A stretch of 64,000 bases of DNA, from the NCBI RefSeq assembly GCF_001194135.2, contig NC_068981.1, positions 98,512,058 to 98,576,057 on the forward strand, written 5' to 3'. This DNA is from Octopus bimaculoides (taxonomy: Eukaryota). The notes under the pieces were generated by a model. The model was not told the DNA's origin. It did no database searches and saw only the letters and a list, made by a program, of their open reading frames with translations. Each line of letters starts with the position of its first letter. Position 1 is the stretch's first letter. The translations under genes were made by a program, and so were the position numbers. Of the stretch, positions 1 to 12,589 are shown piece after piece.

Positions 1-283
1 TATATATACACACACATACACACACACATATATATGCACACACACACATGTATATATATATACTCATACAAACACAGATAGTCTATAAGAGGCAAACTCT
101 GACAGAGTGCCAAGGAAAGACCAATGACCATCTGCCAGACCTCACTGTCTCTTTGAATTTTAAGAGAATACCTCTACACACACAAAAAAAAAACCCACCC
201 CAGCACCTGAGAAGCTTTAACAAGGTCCAATTTCTCATTAAGACTCAGTACATACATTTTATATACATATACATACACAGATA

Positions 284-318
<35 letters not shown>

Positions 319-1412
319 ATGCACACACACACAATATCAAATTAAATAAATACTCTAGATTTTGTCTCTAAAATTTGTCAAATCCTTTCTCACAAGAATA
401 TATTCCCATTTTAATTCCTTTAGCTTATTATAACTTCAACAAATAATACCCTGCAAAATTCAACATATACATTAATTCAAAAGTGGAAATAAACCATTAA
501 AACATAAGAATAGTTGAAGTAAATTAAACACAAATGGATATAAGAAAATTTAACACTTAGTATAAATTATTTTTTAAGTTGTTCATGTAGAAAAATCCAC
601 AGATAATTTCATATCAGAGCTCATAAGACCCATTCCATATCAGTCTAAGACAGCTTTAGAGTTTTGTTTGTTTTTGTTGTTTTTTTTTTTTGCTAAGTAC
701 CTTTTTTTAATTGGCAAGGAGGATCCTGACATTTTATTAATCTTTTATTAACAGTTATGTCTGTTTAATTGCAACTTAAAATCACAACCTTTTTGTTTTA
801 ATTCCTAATATCAAATTATCGTTATCTAATTCCTATGACTGTTGAAAGATTCTATAAATTGAAATATTTTTATATCATCAAAGATTCTGCAATTCATTTA
901 TGAAATGGATGTACTGTCTAGATCCAAAAGTCAATCAACCATGAACATTAAGAGTGTGATGACCCTTATCTAAAGAAGGATGTAGCAAGGATTGCAACAT
1001 AAATTAATCTCATTAATCAAACTAATTACTCATTCATCACATCATCACTCTGTAACAAGACTGAATTTGTTTGAAACATCCTAAATATACTTTCATGTAC
1101 AGAACTAATCAATTTTTCTGGAGAACAGTATGTTATCATACAATCAGCTGGATTTTACGTGGGTTCTTGAAAAGAATTCTATCCAGGGATCCAGGTTTTT
1201 TGACACAGAATCTCAGAACTAGGTACTCATCTCTATAACACTGTCTTAAAGCAAGTTATCTCTTCAAAAGGATCAAAAGAAGTTCATTCATTATTGATGT
1301 AAGAAAATTAACTTAATGGTCTGCAACAACATTATCCAAATAATTGCATTTCCTTTCCTGTATTTAAATGATTTCTCGACTACTTTCCCCCACCCCATCA
1401 TTACATGTATAT

Positions 1413-1642
1413 ATTTCTTTACTGCCCACAAGGGGCCAAACATAGAGGGGACAGACAAGGACAGACAAAGGGATTAAGTTGATTACATCGACCCCAGTGC
1501 GTAACTGGTACTTTATTTATCGACCCCGAAAGGATGAAAGGCAAAGTCGACCTCGGCGGAATTTGAACTCAGAATGTAACGGCAGACGAAATACTGCTAA
1601 GCATCTCGCCCGGCTCGCTAACGTTTCTGCCAGCTCGCTCGC
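1413..1642 (-). mobile_element. tRNA-derived SINE family A
   Basis: 17-bp TSD CATCATTACATGTATAT (1396-1412 / 1643-1659); A/B-box-like head. Confidence 0.9.
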
Positions 1643-2691
1643 CATCATTACATGTATATGGTTTACTTATCCTCTGCTTAGTAGCCTGTGGGTCAACCCT
1701 TTAGCATTCAGATTATTCTGTCAAATATAAAGCACATTTATTCACATTGCTTTGAATTAATCATGCATTATCTTGAAGCTTCAAAAGTATGATGATGGGA
1801 TTGTTTGTTTTTAAAACAACATTGTAGGCTAGGTGTGAGAGGCCAGATATAGCCAGTTTGAACATAAAACAAAAAGAATATTTGGGCTGGATATGGTCAG
1901 TTTAAATGCCAAAGAGTTAGACATACTAGATATTCAAAACAATTCAAATGAGTACTGAGTGCTACAATGATATTAGTTTCCCAAAACAGTGGCCCACACA
2001 AAACAATTTGAATAACAATAACTTGTAATAATAACCACAATGATATAGCTTCATTTCAGATCTACTCCCTTCCAGATTTAACAGATTTTAAAATAATAAT
2101 GAAAAGAAAAGAGGTGCTTGTGTGTGTGTGTCCACGAGCGCATGTGTGTGCGTGCGTGCACATGCACATATGTGTGTAATTCTTTTTTAGAATTGAATTT
2201 CAAAGCACATAAATACTATAAATAAAAGTATGTGAAAATTAGGCTCAAAAACCCTTTTGGATAAAAAAAGTTGAAGGCAGCCCATGGATCATGACCCCAC
2301 ATCTCTGGTATGCATGAAGGGCAGCCTTTGACATTTTCTATCCAAAAGAGTTCTTCAACCCAATTTTTACATGATATTATTTATAGCATTTATGTGCTTC
2401 AAGATCTAATTCCCACCAAAATTATTTCATGTTCTCTCAAAAGTTTAGAAAATCTTATAACATGAACAATATATAAATACATACATATATATATATACAT
2501 ATATATATNNNNNNNNNNNNNNNNNNNNNNNNNNNNNNNNNNNNNNNNNNNNNNNNNNNNNNNNNNNNNNNNNNNNNNNNNNNNNNNNNNNNNNNNNNNN
2601 NNNNNNNNNNNNNNNNNNNNNNNNNNNNNNNNNNNNNNNNNNNNNNNNNNNNNNNNNNNNNNNNNNNNNNNNNNNTATATATATATGTATA

Positions 2692-2729
<38 letters not shown>

Positions 2730-2735
2730 ATAGTA
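2692..2735. repeat. (TAG)n microsatellite
   Basis: Direct reading. Confidence 0.95.
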
Positions 2736-4225
2736 GGGCTATCTATCAAAGTAAGAAAAATTTCTCACTGAGGTGCAAGTTTAAGGGTAGGAGGGAGATC
2801 GTGTGACAAACATGCCTTTCCAGTAGCACTAGCAGGGTAACAGATGAAGTGAATTTAGTTTCAGCCAAGAATCAAGAGTAGGTTAGAGATTTACCTCTTT
2901 CTACACAACATCTATCATAACTATAATAATGGTAGGCTACCTCTAGAGTGGCGGTGTTTGTGTAAAGCAGAGTAAGAAAGAAAGGCAAAAACAAAAAAAA
3001 AAGCAATTTAAAGTGAGGAGACATTTTGAAGGGAGACAAATGAGAGCTCACCTGTAACCAGGGAGCTCCAGGGTGGAGGGTGTATTGGTCATAAGCAGAG
3101 AGCCATGCATCCAGGTGAAACAGAGATTCATGCAAATCTAAATTTTCCCCTTCGCCTGCCATCATTGCTGCAGCTACTGCTGAAGATAATGTTAGGTTGT
3201 TTGCTTTATTTTGTCTTTTGTTGTTAGTTTTTTGTTTCTTTTTTTTTTATGTTTTTTTTTTGTTTTTAAATTTTGGTTTTGTCTTTAAATAAAGGTCTGG
3301 CTCTGTAATTGGTTCCTTTCTGTGTTGATTAATGTAACCAGTTGAAAAGTTAAATCACCAAGATGTTCCAGCATGAAATAGGGACAATACCATTTCAATA
3401 CAACAGAACATGATGGTAATTGAGAGATGAGAAGAANNNNNNNNNNNNNNNNNNNNNNNNNNNNNNNNNNNNNNNNNNNNNNNNNNNNNNNNNNNNNNNN
3501 NNNNNNNNNNNNNNNNNNNNNNNNNNNNNNNNNNNNNNNNNNNNNNNNNNNNNNNNNNNNNNNNNNNNNNNNNNNNNNNNNNNNNNNNNNNNNNNNNNNN
3601 NNNNNNNNNNNNNNNNNNNNNNNNNNNNNNNNNNNNNNNNNNNNNNNNNNNNNNNNNNNNNNNNNNNNNNNNNNNNNNNNNNNNNNNNNNNNNNNNNNNN
3701 NNNNNNNNNNNNNNNNNNNNNNNNNNNNNNNNNNNNNNNNNNNNNNNNNNNNNNNNNNNNNNNNNNNNNNNNNNNNNNNNNNNNNNNNNNNNNNNNNNNN
3801 NNNNNNNNNNNNNNNNNNNNNNNNNNNNNNNNNNNNNNNNNNNNNNNNNNNNNNNNNNNNNNNNNNNNNNNNNNNNNNNNNNNNNNNNNNNNNNNNNNNN
3901 NNNNNNNNNNNNNNNNNNNNNNNNNNNNNNNNNNNNNNNNNNNNNNNNNNNNNNNNNNNNNNNNNNNNNNNNNNNNNNNNNNNNNNNNNNNNNNNNNNNN
4001 NNNNNNNNNNNNNNNNNNNNNNNNNNNNNNNNNNNNNNNNNNNNNNNNNNNNNNNNNNNNNNNNNNNNNNNNNNNNNNNNNNNNNNNNNNNNNNNNNNNN
4101 NNNNNNNNNNNNNNNNNNNNNNNNNNNNNNNNNNNNNNNNNNNNNNNNNNNNNNNNNNNNNNNNNNNNNNNNNNNNNNNNNNNNNNNNNNNNNNNNNNNN
4201 NNNNNNNNNNNNNNNNNNNNNNNNN

Positions 4226-5020
4226 TAACAGATATATTTACCAAAATTACATTAAAATATCTTGAAATACTAAAGAGTAAATTTATTCAATAAAATCACC
4301 ATTGGCTTCAACCACAGCCTCCAGACGACTTTGGAATCTCCCTCAACTCTTCTGGATGGTCTCTTTGTTTAAGTTGGTGAATGCTGCCATAATCCTTGCT
4401 TTCAGTTCATCTTTGATGTTACAAGGAGTTTTGTTGGTCTCTCACTCAACTGTGCCCTACACATAATAATTCGAGGGGGTTGCAGTCTGGGGACTTAGGT
4501 GGCCAGATGTTAGGGGTGGTGTGGTTGCAGAAATTGTCTGACAGCCATGACTGGGTTCTTCTGCTTGTGTGGCATGGTGCAGAATCCTGTTGCCAGACAT
4601 AGGGTCTTCTAGCAGTCTTCCTCTTGACCCAGTGCAGCACTCTCTCCTCCAGGCACTTGATGTAGGCCTCTGTGTTGAGTCTGAGGCCGTGTTGGAAGAT
4701 AAATGGAGGCATAACGTCACCATCACTAGTGATCACTCCAAACACCATAATGGTGACTGGATGTTTGATTTTTATCAATCTCAGTACATGTCCTCAGACT
4801 AACACCCAAACACTCTGGAATGTTTGTATTGGAGCTTCTGGCATGAATGCCAAGCAGTACAGCATGTCATTTTCAAATTTCTGGCAGTGTGTCATGGTAC
4901 TGTTTTTCTCACAGATGGTGCCCAGCTGACCCTACTATACTATGTAGTTGACAAAATCAAAAACAAACAATGCACATTGGTAAAATTAAAAACATAAAAT
5001 GGCAACAATTTACCCATCAC

Positions 5021-5024
<4 letters not shown>
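4226..5024 (-). mobile_element. Decayed, internally deleted Tc1/mariner-superfamily transposon (maT/DD37D, Bmmar1-like)
   Basis: Minus ORF KHPVTIMVFG...YVWQQDSAPCHTS...WPPKSPDCNPL. N-terminal remnant at ~4800-4900 joins the DDE part directly; the terminus at 5024 is followed by TA; the other end is in the N gap. Confidence 0.85.
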
Positions 5025-5065
<41 letters not shown>

Positions 5066-5444
5066 GGCTTCTTTCAGTGTCTGACTACCAAATCCACTCA
5101 CGGCTTTGGTTGGCCCAAGGCTATAACAGAAAACACTTGCCCAGGGTGCCATGCAGTGGGACTGAACTCGATTAAAAAGATTTGAAAATATCAATTTTAA
5201 TCTTTTAATTTTCTAACAGGCCATATAGGCCCAGATATTCTTCTTCTTGTTTTATGTTCAAACTAACCAGATCTGGCCTCTCACACCTACCCTACAATGT
5301 CATTCTTAAAATAAAGAATCACTTCATTGAAATCTTGAAATTAAGAGATAAAGCATGATTAATTGAAAACAATGTGAATAAATGAGCATTACATTTGATA
5401 GAGTATTCTGAATGCTAAAGGGTTTTATGCTCATTCAGCTAAAG

Positions 5445-6264
5445 CAGGGTTTCTCAACCATTTTTTATCTATGGACGCCTTTAATTACTGTTTTATTCTG
5501 ATGGACTCCCATAGCCATTCGATGGTTAAAACTAGTTTTGTAGATACTTTTTCCAAAATTCCTATTTTTGTTTTTCACACATTATCTTATGTAGGCTGAA
5601 TTATGTAAACTGTTAGAGAATGAAACCTAGCTGTTTCTTGCAATACATACTCATCTTTACTTTACTTTTACTTTTCTTTTACTTGTTTCAGTCATTTGAC
5701 TGCAGCCATGCTGGAGCACAGCCTGTAGTTGAGCAAATCGACCCCAGGACTTATTCTTTGTAAGCCTAGTACTTATTCTATCGGTCTCTTATTGCCGAAC
5801 CGCTAAGTTACGGGGACGTGAACACACCAGCATCGGTTGTCAAGCGATGTTGGAGGGACAAGCACAGACACACAAACACACACACACACACACACACACA
5901 NNNNNNNNNNNNNNNNNNNNNNNNNNNNNNNNNNNNNNNNNNNNATACATATATACAAAGGGCTTCTTTCAGTTTCCGTCTACCAAATCCACTCACACGG
6001 CTTTGGTCAGCCTGAGGCTATAGTAGAAGACACTTGCCCAAGGTGCCATGCAGTGGGACTGAACCCGGAACCATGTGGTTGGTAAGCAAGCTACTTACCA
6101 CACAGTCACTCCTGCGCCTATACATACATCTAAAGCAAAATTTTTCAGGGAGCCATTAAAAAAATATTGTGGATCCCCAATTTACTATTTTGTTGTGTGG
6201 ACCTCCAAATCCCAATCTTATATGGACCCTCAGGGGCCATATGGACCCCAGCTGAGAACCACTG
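5445..6264. mobile_element. Non-autonomous hAT-type element with a nested SINE
   Basis: TIRs CAGGGTTTCTCAACC / GCTGAGAACCACTG; 8-bp TSD AGCTAAAG (5437-5444) / AGTTAAAG (6265-6272). Confidence 0.75.
5654..6115 (-). mobile_element. tRNA-derived SINE family B (CORE-like motif, internal TA/TG microsatellite, TAAAAG tail)
   Basis: Head rc GCAGGAGTGACTGTGTGGTAAG..GGTTCAGTCCC, followed by GGCACCTTGGGCAAGTGTCTT. Confidence 0.85.
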
Positions 6265-7029
6265 AGTTAAAGTCTACTGAAAATCTAATTGTTTTTTTTT
6301 CTGACATCAAGCATGGTTATGCGATTAAGAAACTTGCTTTGCAATCATGTGGTTTCAGGTTCAGTCCTATTGTGTGGCATCTAGAGCAAGTGTCTTCAAC
6401 TATAGCTCTGGGCCAACTAATGCCTTGTGAACGAATTTGGTAGACAGAAATTGTGTGGAAGCCCATTGTAAATGTGTGTATGTGTGTCCACTTCCACCAC
6501 TTGACAACCTGTGTTGGTGTGGTTATATCCTCATAACCCAGCAGTTCAGTAAAAGGACTTTAAAAAAAACTAAGTACAAGTATCGATTTGTTTGACTAAA
6601 CCTGTCGAGGTGGTACCCCAGCATGGTCTCAGTCCAAGGAGAAAGACAAAAAAATTAGTTTGCTTGCTGACTCAGTTGTAGCTGTTGTGTAGCTGAAAGA
6701 TATCTTATCTGCAGGCTTTATTTAGCATAAAACTGCATGCAACAATATAATTCTGTGTGAATATAACTATTTGTGTCCAGATGACACATAAATGACTACA
6801 CTTGCACAACAAAACTCAGTACAGCTTATTAATTCTAATGAACAATTTCCTCTACATCAATAAGACTGCATGTTATGCTACTCAACAGAGCAGTTTTCCT
6901 TTTATAATAGAATAATTAACTTTGTCCATTGTTTAAATAATATATACAATACTAACTGTAAGAAACCTGATGCGTTTGTGAATAAAACTCATAGACTATT
7001 GGCTCATTTAATACTTTCAGAGGGAATTT

Positions 7030-7915
7030 TTATTGATAATGGCTTCAAATTTTGGCACAAGGCCAGCACTTTTCTGAGGAGCGTGGTCCGTTAATTGCAT
7101 ACTTCAACCACAATGCTCAACTGGTACTTATTTTATCAACTCTGAAAGACAAAGTCAACCTTAGCAGAATTTGAACTCAGAACATAATGAGTCAGAAGAA
7201 CTGACATTAAGAATTTTTCTATGACATTCTAATGATTCTGTCATCTTGGAATTGTTACTAATAATTATTTCTACTCTAGGCACAAGGCCTTGAAAATTTT
7301 TGTGGAAGGGGCTAGTCGATTATATTGACCCCAGTGCATAACTGGTACTTATTTCATCAACCCTGAAAGAATGAAAGGTAAATTCGACCTTGGCGGAATT
7401 TGAACACTAAGCATTTCGCCCAGCATGCTGACAATTCCACCAGCTCGCTGCCTTAAAGAATTGTTACTAATAATATAATGTAGTACAGTACTCCTATAGA
7501 CTGTAGCACTTGTTATTTGGTCCTAAATTAAATTTATGATCAAAAGCATTCCAGTTGTGGTTATTTATTTATTTCTAGAAACTATCTAAGACTAATTATC
7601 AAATGTGTCCTCCTCTTGTTAAGGTGATGGCATGTGATTTGTCTGTTAATTTTTTATAGGTCAAACACAGACTCTTCAATTTAATACATTGTATAGTGTA
7701 TTGGTTTCAGATTTTGGCACAAGGCTGGCAATTTCATGGGAGAAAGTAATTCAATTACATCAACCCTGGTGCTCAACTGGTACTCATTTTATTGACCCTG
7801 AAAGGATGAAAGACAAAGACAACCTTGGTAAAATTTGAACTCAGAACATAAAGATAGACTCAATGCTGCTCAGCACTTTTCCCATTGTGCAAATGATTTT
7901 GCCAGGTCATTGCCT
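7030..7915 (-). mobile_element. Cluster of three same-orientation SINE-A copies
   Basis: Repeated CTGGTACTTATTT..GACCCTGAAAGGATGAAAG..AATTTGAACTCAGAAC; the copy at 7266-7457 has TSD GAATTGTTACTAATAAT. Confidence 0.75.
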
Positions 7916-7934
7916 AGATACATTCTATTGTATA

Positions 7935-8797
7935 CTAGCAGAAATATCCAGCGTTACCTGGATTAAAGAAAATAATGAAATTCCAAAATGCCTTTTAGAT
8001 CTCTAACATGACACATGGATTATGCAGTTCTCAACAGTAATTAGCTGAGGTACAAACTATTAATGTCAATAACATATTTTGTCCAATGTTCTCACTGTCA
8101 AAATTGTTAAAAAAAAGCAGGTAGTTCTTTGTCTTTGCAATCACCTTCAATTGTCAGTACTTATTTGAAACACATTGAACCTGAAAATGCATAAACTTGA
8201 GAAGAACCAGCCTGCAGGCACTCCTCTCCTGTTAAAAAGTACATCAACTCCATGCAAAATACATTTAAATGAGCATTCATTATAACGGCATTCCCACATG
8301 CATTCTTTTCAAGTTATTTCGATGTTACACTCGCTTGCCCTAAGCCTTATTGCATGCAAATGGAGAAAACGTTCACTGCGTATATATCGATCGCTGTACG
8401 CCAGCGTCTAACAGCTTTGGCTTTTTAATGCACAAAAAATTGAAATTATTTTTTTTCTGTGCCTCTGATTAAAATTTTCAAAAAACAAACCCGGCCACGT
8501 TACTTGGAAAAAAATAATCTTTATTGTGCTGGTTTTTCGTAAAATTTCATGCATGGGAAAGGCAACAAAATCGCCCCTCCCCACTTTGAATGGGATATTC
8601 CTATCTTGAAAAGTAATAATTGATTATCTCGGTAACCATGGGAGTTGGAGGACAATAAAAATCTCCTGAACATGAGCAGACCACTCTGTGCTGCATTTCA
8701 CGCGATTCCACTGCACCATTCTCGAGTGAATCTGCCGACACTCAATCAATCAATCAATCAATCAAGCAATCAAAAACACTGCAATTTATAGTATAGA
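7935..8797 (-). mobile_element. Complete non-autonomous Helitron
   Basis: On the minus strand it starts A|TCTATACTATAAA, has (TTGA)n near the 5' end, a 3' hairpin ATCCAG-gtaacg-CTGGAT (7946-7963), and ends CTAG|T. It is inserted between A and T with no TSD. Confidence 0.8.
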
Positions 8798-9823
8798 TTA
8801 CTAATACAATAGTGACACTCAAAACTAAGCAGTGTGTAATATGCTGTGATGGTATTCTACACCAGCCAACAAATGCTACATCTGTCACGTGGTCATTTCA
8901 TTCATTCATTTATTTTTATGTTTTATCATACTAGTGTTTTGATCTTAGATTATAATTCCATTCATATCTAGGAAGCTTTACAGAAATATTAAACCAATCC
9001 CAGTATCTGAGTGGTTGCATCATTTTATTTACCTTCTCTTTCTGTCTCTTCATGTGCCATGCCTATAAGCATCAGTGATTATTTATCTCCTTACCAAACT
9101 CTGAAGATTTAGGATTTTTCTTAGGAAATATACAGCAGTGGTTTCTCATTGCTTTTGCTGATTTGTTTACATTTTATTTTACTAGTGTCCTGCTCTCCCA
9201 GCTTACCCTTGAAGCATAGGATCTATTTTAACTCTTAAGAAAGCTGGGAGATGGGGTGGAATGGTTCACATGACATCAGTTATGTTAGATGTGTCCCATA
9301 TGTCCACATCCTGGTGGACACATGTAGCATATGTCTATGGGCCAGTTCTTCCTTGAGACCTTTAAAATGAACTTATTGTATACAGTGCTCAGGTGCACTA
9401 CAACTCATCATAAAACGTAACCAAAACTGTATGAACAGTATATAGAATACACACAGGAAGTGAACAGTGAATAAGTCTACCAAAAAAAAAAGGGGGGGGT
9501 ACATCAGATGTACATCTATCTTAGCCACAGGACCATCTGTGTGCCCTTGATAAGTACTACTTACTATCCTGGACCCGAGAGTTGCAATGACTAAGGAAAA
9601 ACTCCCTACCCACCCAAAACTAACTCTTGAACTCCCAAGCTGGAACCTTACCACTGGATGCAGTTTACTGTCTTACTCAGAAAATAAACCACCCTGCAAA
9701 GATGAAAGGCAAACTTGACATCAGCAGGACTTGAATTCAGAATGGTCTTCTATTATAGCCTTGGGCTAACCAATGTCTTGTGAGGGAATTTGGTAGAGAA
9801 AAACTGTGGAAGCCCATCCTCTG

Positions 9824-9824
9824 T

Positions 9825-9902
<78 letters not shown>
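9824..9902. repeat. (TG)n microsatellite
   Basis: Direct reading. Confidence 0.95.
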
Positions 9903-9903
<1 letters not shown>

Positions 9904-10154
9904 TCTCCTACCATTTGACTACCATTTGACAACTGCTAAGTCATCTCCATGACTTAGCAGTTTAGCAACAGGATAAATTCCAGACTTAAAAAAGAAAAAA
10001 AACAAGTAATGGGATTGATTTGTTTGACTAAACCTTCAAGGCAATGCCCCAGTATGGCCACAGCCCAGTGACTGAAATAAGTAAAAGATTAAAAACAAAA
10101 AATAGCACTCTGATGATTTTGCCACTCTATGGCCTACATCAATGAGAAGTTTAC

Positions 10155-10268
10155 CTGTGAGGAAGTACGACACTTCATGAGACATAACTCGTAATGGTCC
10201 TTCAGAGATGAAAATAACTGACTGTATGTGTTAATTGGTTGCTTCAGGATCTTCTTTAGGATTTGTTG
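10155..10268 (-). CDS. SPRING1: SPRING1 coding exon 4, 114 nt, phase 0/0: QQILKKILKQPINTYSQLFSSLKDHYELCLMKCRTSSQ
   Basis: TTTGTTTCAG acceptor, GTAAAC donor. Contains the DH(F/Y)ELCLxKCRTSSQ motif. The final exon (SVQHEN...CYG in human) was not found in the called sequence. Confidence 0.96.
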
Positions 10269-10518
10269 CTGAAACAAAGAACAAAGAAGACAGGTATAGA
10301 AGATGAAGCTAATTAAAAAAAACAAAAAACAACTGACTGGCATGCCCCAAACCAATCCAAGCTTTGTGAATGGATTTGGTAGACTGAAACTGAAAGTAGC
10401 TCATTACATGTGTGTGTGTGTGTGTGTCTAGTAATTGTGCTTGTCCCCATCATACTTAGTTCGTTTTTGTTGCTGAAACAAAGACAAAAAAAGAAAACAT
10501 CTATAGAAGCTGAAACTA

Positions 10519-10754
10519 AAGGCAGCGAGCTGGCAGAAACGTTAGCATTCTGGGCGAAATGCTTAGTGGTATTTTATCTGTAATTACGTTCTGAGTTCAA
10601 ATTCCGCTGAGGTCGACTTAGCCTTTCATCCTTTTGGGGTCGATAAATTAAGTACCAGTTGCCCTCTGGGGGGGTTGATGTAATCGACTTAATTCCTTTG
10701 TCTGTCCTTGTTTGTCCCCTCTATGTTTAGCCCCTTGTGGGCAGTAAAGAAATA
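10519..10754 (+). mobile_element. SINE family A inserted in a local duplication
   Basis: 14-bp TSD AGAAGCTGAAACTA (10505-10518 / 10755-10768). Confidence 0.9.
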
Positions 10755-11291
10755 AGAAGCTGAAACTAATTGAAAGAAACAACTGACAGGCGTGCCTCTG
10801 ACTGATCCAAGCTTTGTGAGTGGATTTGGTAGAGAGAAACTGAAAGAAGTTAGTTACATATATGTATATGTGTGTGCATGTGTCTGATTTTTTCTTGACC
10901 CCACCACCACTTGGCTTGTTTATGTCCTCATAACTTAACAGTTCAGCAAAAAGAAATCAATAGAATAAGCGGCCCATAGACTAAGCTTTATAAAAATATG
11001 TACTTGGGTCAATTTGTTCGACTAACTCCTTCAAAGTAGTACCCTAACATGGCTGCAGTCTTATGACTGAAAGAAGTGAAAGGTAAAATATTGATCATGT
11101 TCTCAGTGAATATTCAAGCAACTTGGCAAACTATTCCAGCAGCAACAAGGTATGACCCTTTATATTAACCCTTTTTTGATACCAACTCGCCTGAGACTGC
11201 CCCAGGATCTATGACAAAAACTTTATTATTTGGTCTAAATTATAATCTTCCCTCAAAATTTTATACTAATTTGTCCCAGACCTCAGCTTAA

Positions 11292-11820
11292 TAATCATCA
11301 TCATTTGACATCTGCTTTCCATGCTGGCATGGGTTAGATGGTTGGACTGGAACTGGTAAGCTGGAGAGCTACACCAGGTTCCAGTCTGATTTGGCATGGC
11401 TTCTATGGCTGGATGCCCTTCCAAATGCCAACCACTCCAAGAGTATAATGGGTACTTCTTATATGCCACTGGCATGGGTGCCCTTTGCAGGACACTGGCA
11501 ACAGCCACAACAATGATTTCATAGGTGCCATTTACATGACACTGGCAATGGCCATGACTACGATTTCACTTGGCTCGACGAGTTTTATAAAGCACAGCAA
11601 ATCGCTGATGGTCTCAATCACTTGTCATCACCTCCGTGAAGCCCAACATTCAAAGATCATGCTACCAGCAATGGCCATGATTATGATTTCACAGGTGCCA
11701 TTTACATGATACCGACAACAGCATTGACATGATACCGACAACAGCATTGACATGATACCGACAACAGCCTTGATTACGATTTCTCTTGGCTTGACAGGTC
11801 TTCCCAAGCACATCGTATCA
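11292..11820 (-). mobile_element. RTE LINE 3' end (same family as 32600-33245) with short tandem repeats
   Basis: (CAT)n-TTTGACATCTGCTTTCCATGCTGGCATGGG on +; RT-end remnant at ~11570-11660; 23-bp tandem CATGATACCGACAACAGCATTGA x3. Confidence 0.75.
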
Positions 11821-12589
11821 TCAAAATTCTCAGTCACTAAATTCTTCATTATTTTAAAATTTAATTGAAACAATGACAGTACCTGTTGATAGAAATATGG
11901 TAACAAAATGGTTAAAGTTTAAGTTAGGTCTGTCATGAGCCCTAGGACTAATAAGGTTAAAGCTTCAGCCTGTTTCAATGGCATATAAGTGATTGACACT
12001 GCAACACTCTTCCACTAAATAGGACACCAGTCCATCACACCTTCACACCTTTGGCTGGGACTTGTTTACAGCTAAGTGGACTGAAGCAACATGACCCACC
12101 TACATTTGGAGAGTGACTTCTGCTGTTAACATAACGCTAAGGAATTTGAATGGGTTAATGGAACCTGTATAACTAGACATTTCTCAGACTGTTTTTCTTC
12201 TGAAGATGGGCCTTTGTGCTTGAAATATAAAAGTTTTGTGAAACTTTCTGCATTGTCTGAAGCTTTCCCACTTACCTTTTTTTCCCTTCTTTGATAATAC
12301 AATGCTTCTAGTGGACTACAATGCTCTTATGAAATAAAGTATTTTGCTCAATGCACACCTGGCCTGGGAATTGAAACCATGATTTCATGATCAAAAGTGC
12401 AACGAACTAACCACTAGGTTATGTGCAGCTATGTGCATTCACCTAATGTTAAGTACAATGAATTAAATAGAATTGAGTGTGTATCTGTGTGAAGACTGAG
12501 CCTCCCAATCATTTATCAGAATTCAGCATGTTAAATAACCAGATATCAAGTTCCTAAAGATAAATGCTGATTGGTTTAGCTGAACTGAC

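Noticed and set aside
1040-1105. SVHESIFR reading as a candidate SPRING1 terminal exon
   Set aside because: The acceptor phase is incompatible, similarity is weak and the conserved Cys is absent.
3285-4293. Long ORFs spanning N runs (also 37166-37634, 41809-42736, 52906-53497, 55848-56529)
   Set aside because: They are open only because N codons contain no stops; these are assembly gaps.
9373-9654. Minus ORF near SPRING1 exon 4 as a candidate terminal exon
   Set aside because: No frame gives the SVQHEN/CYG-type motif; it partly overlaps a dispersed repeat.
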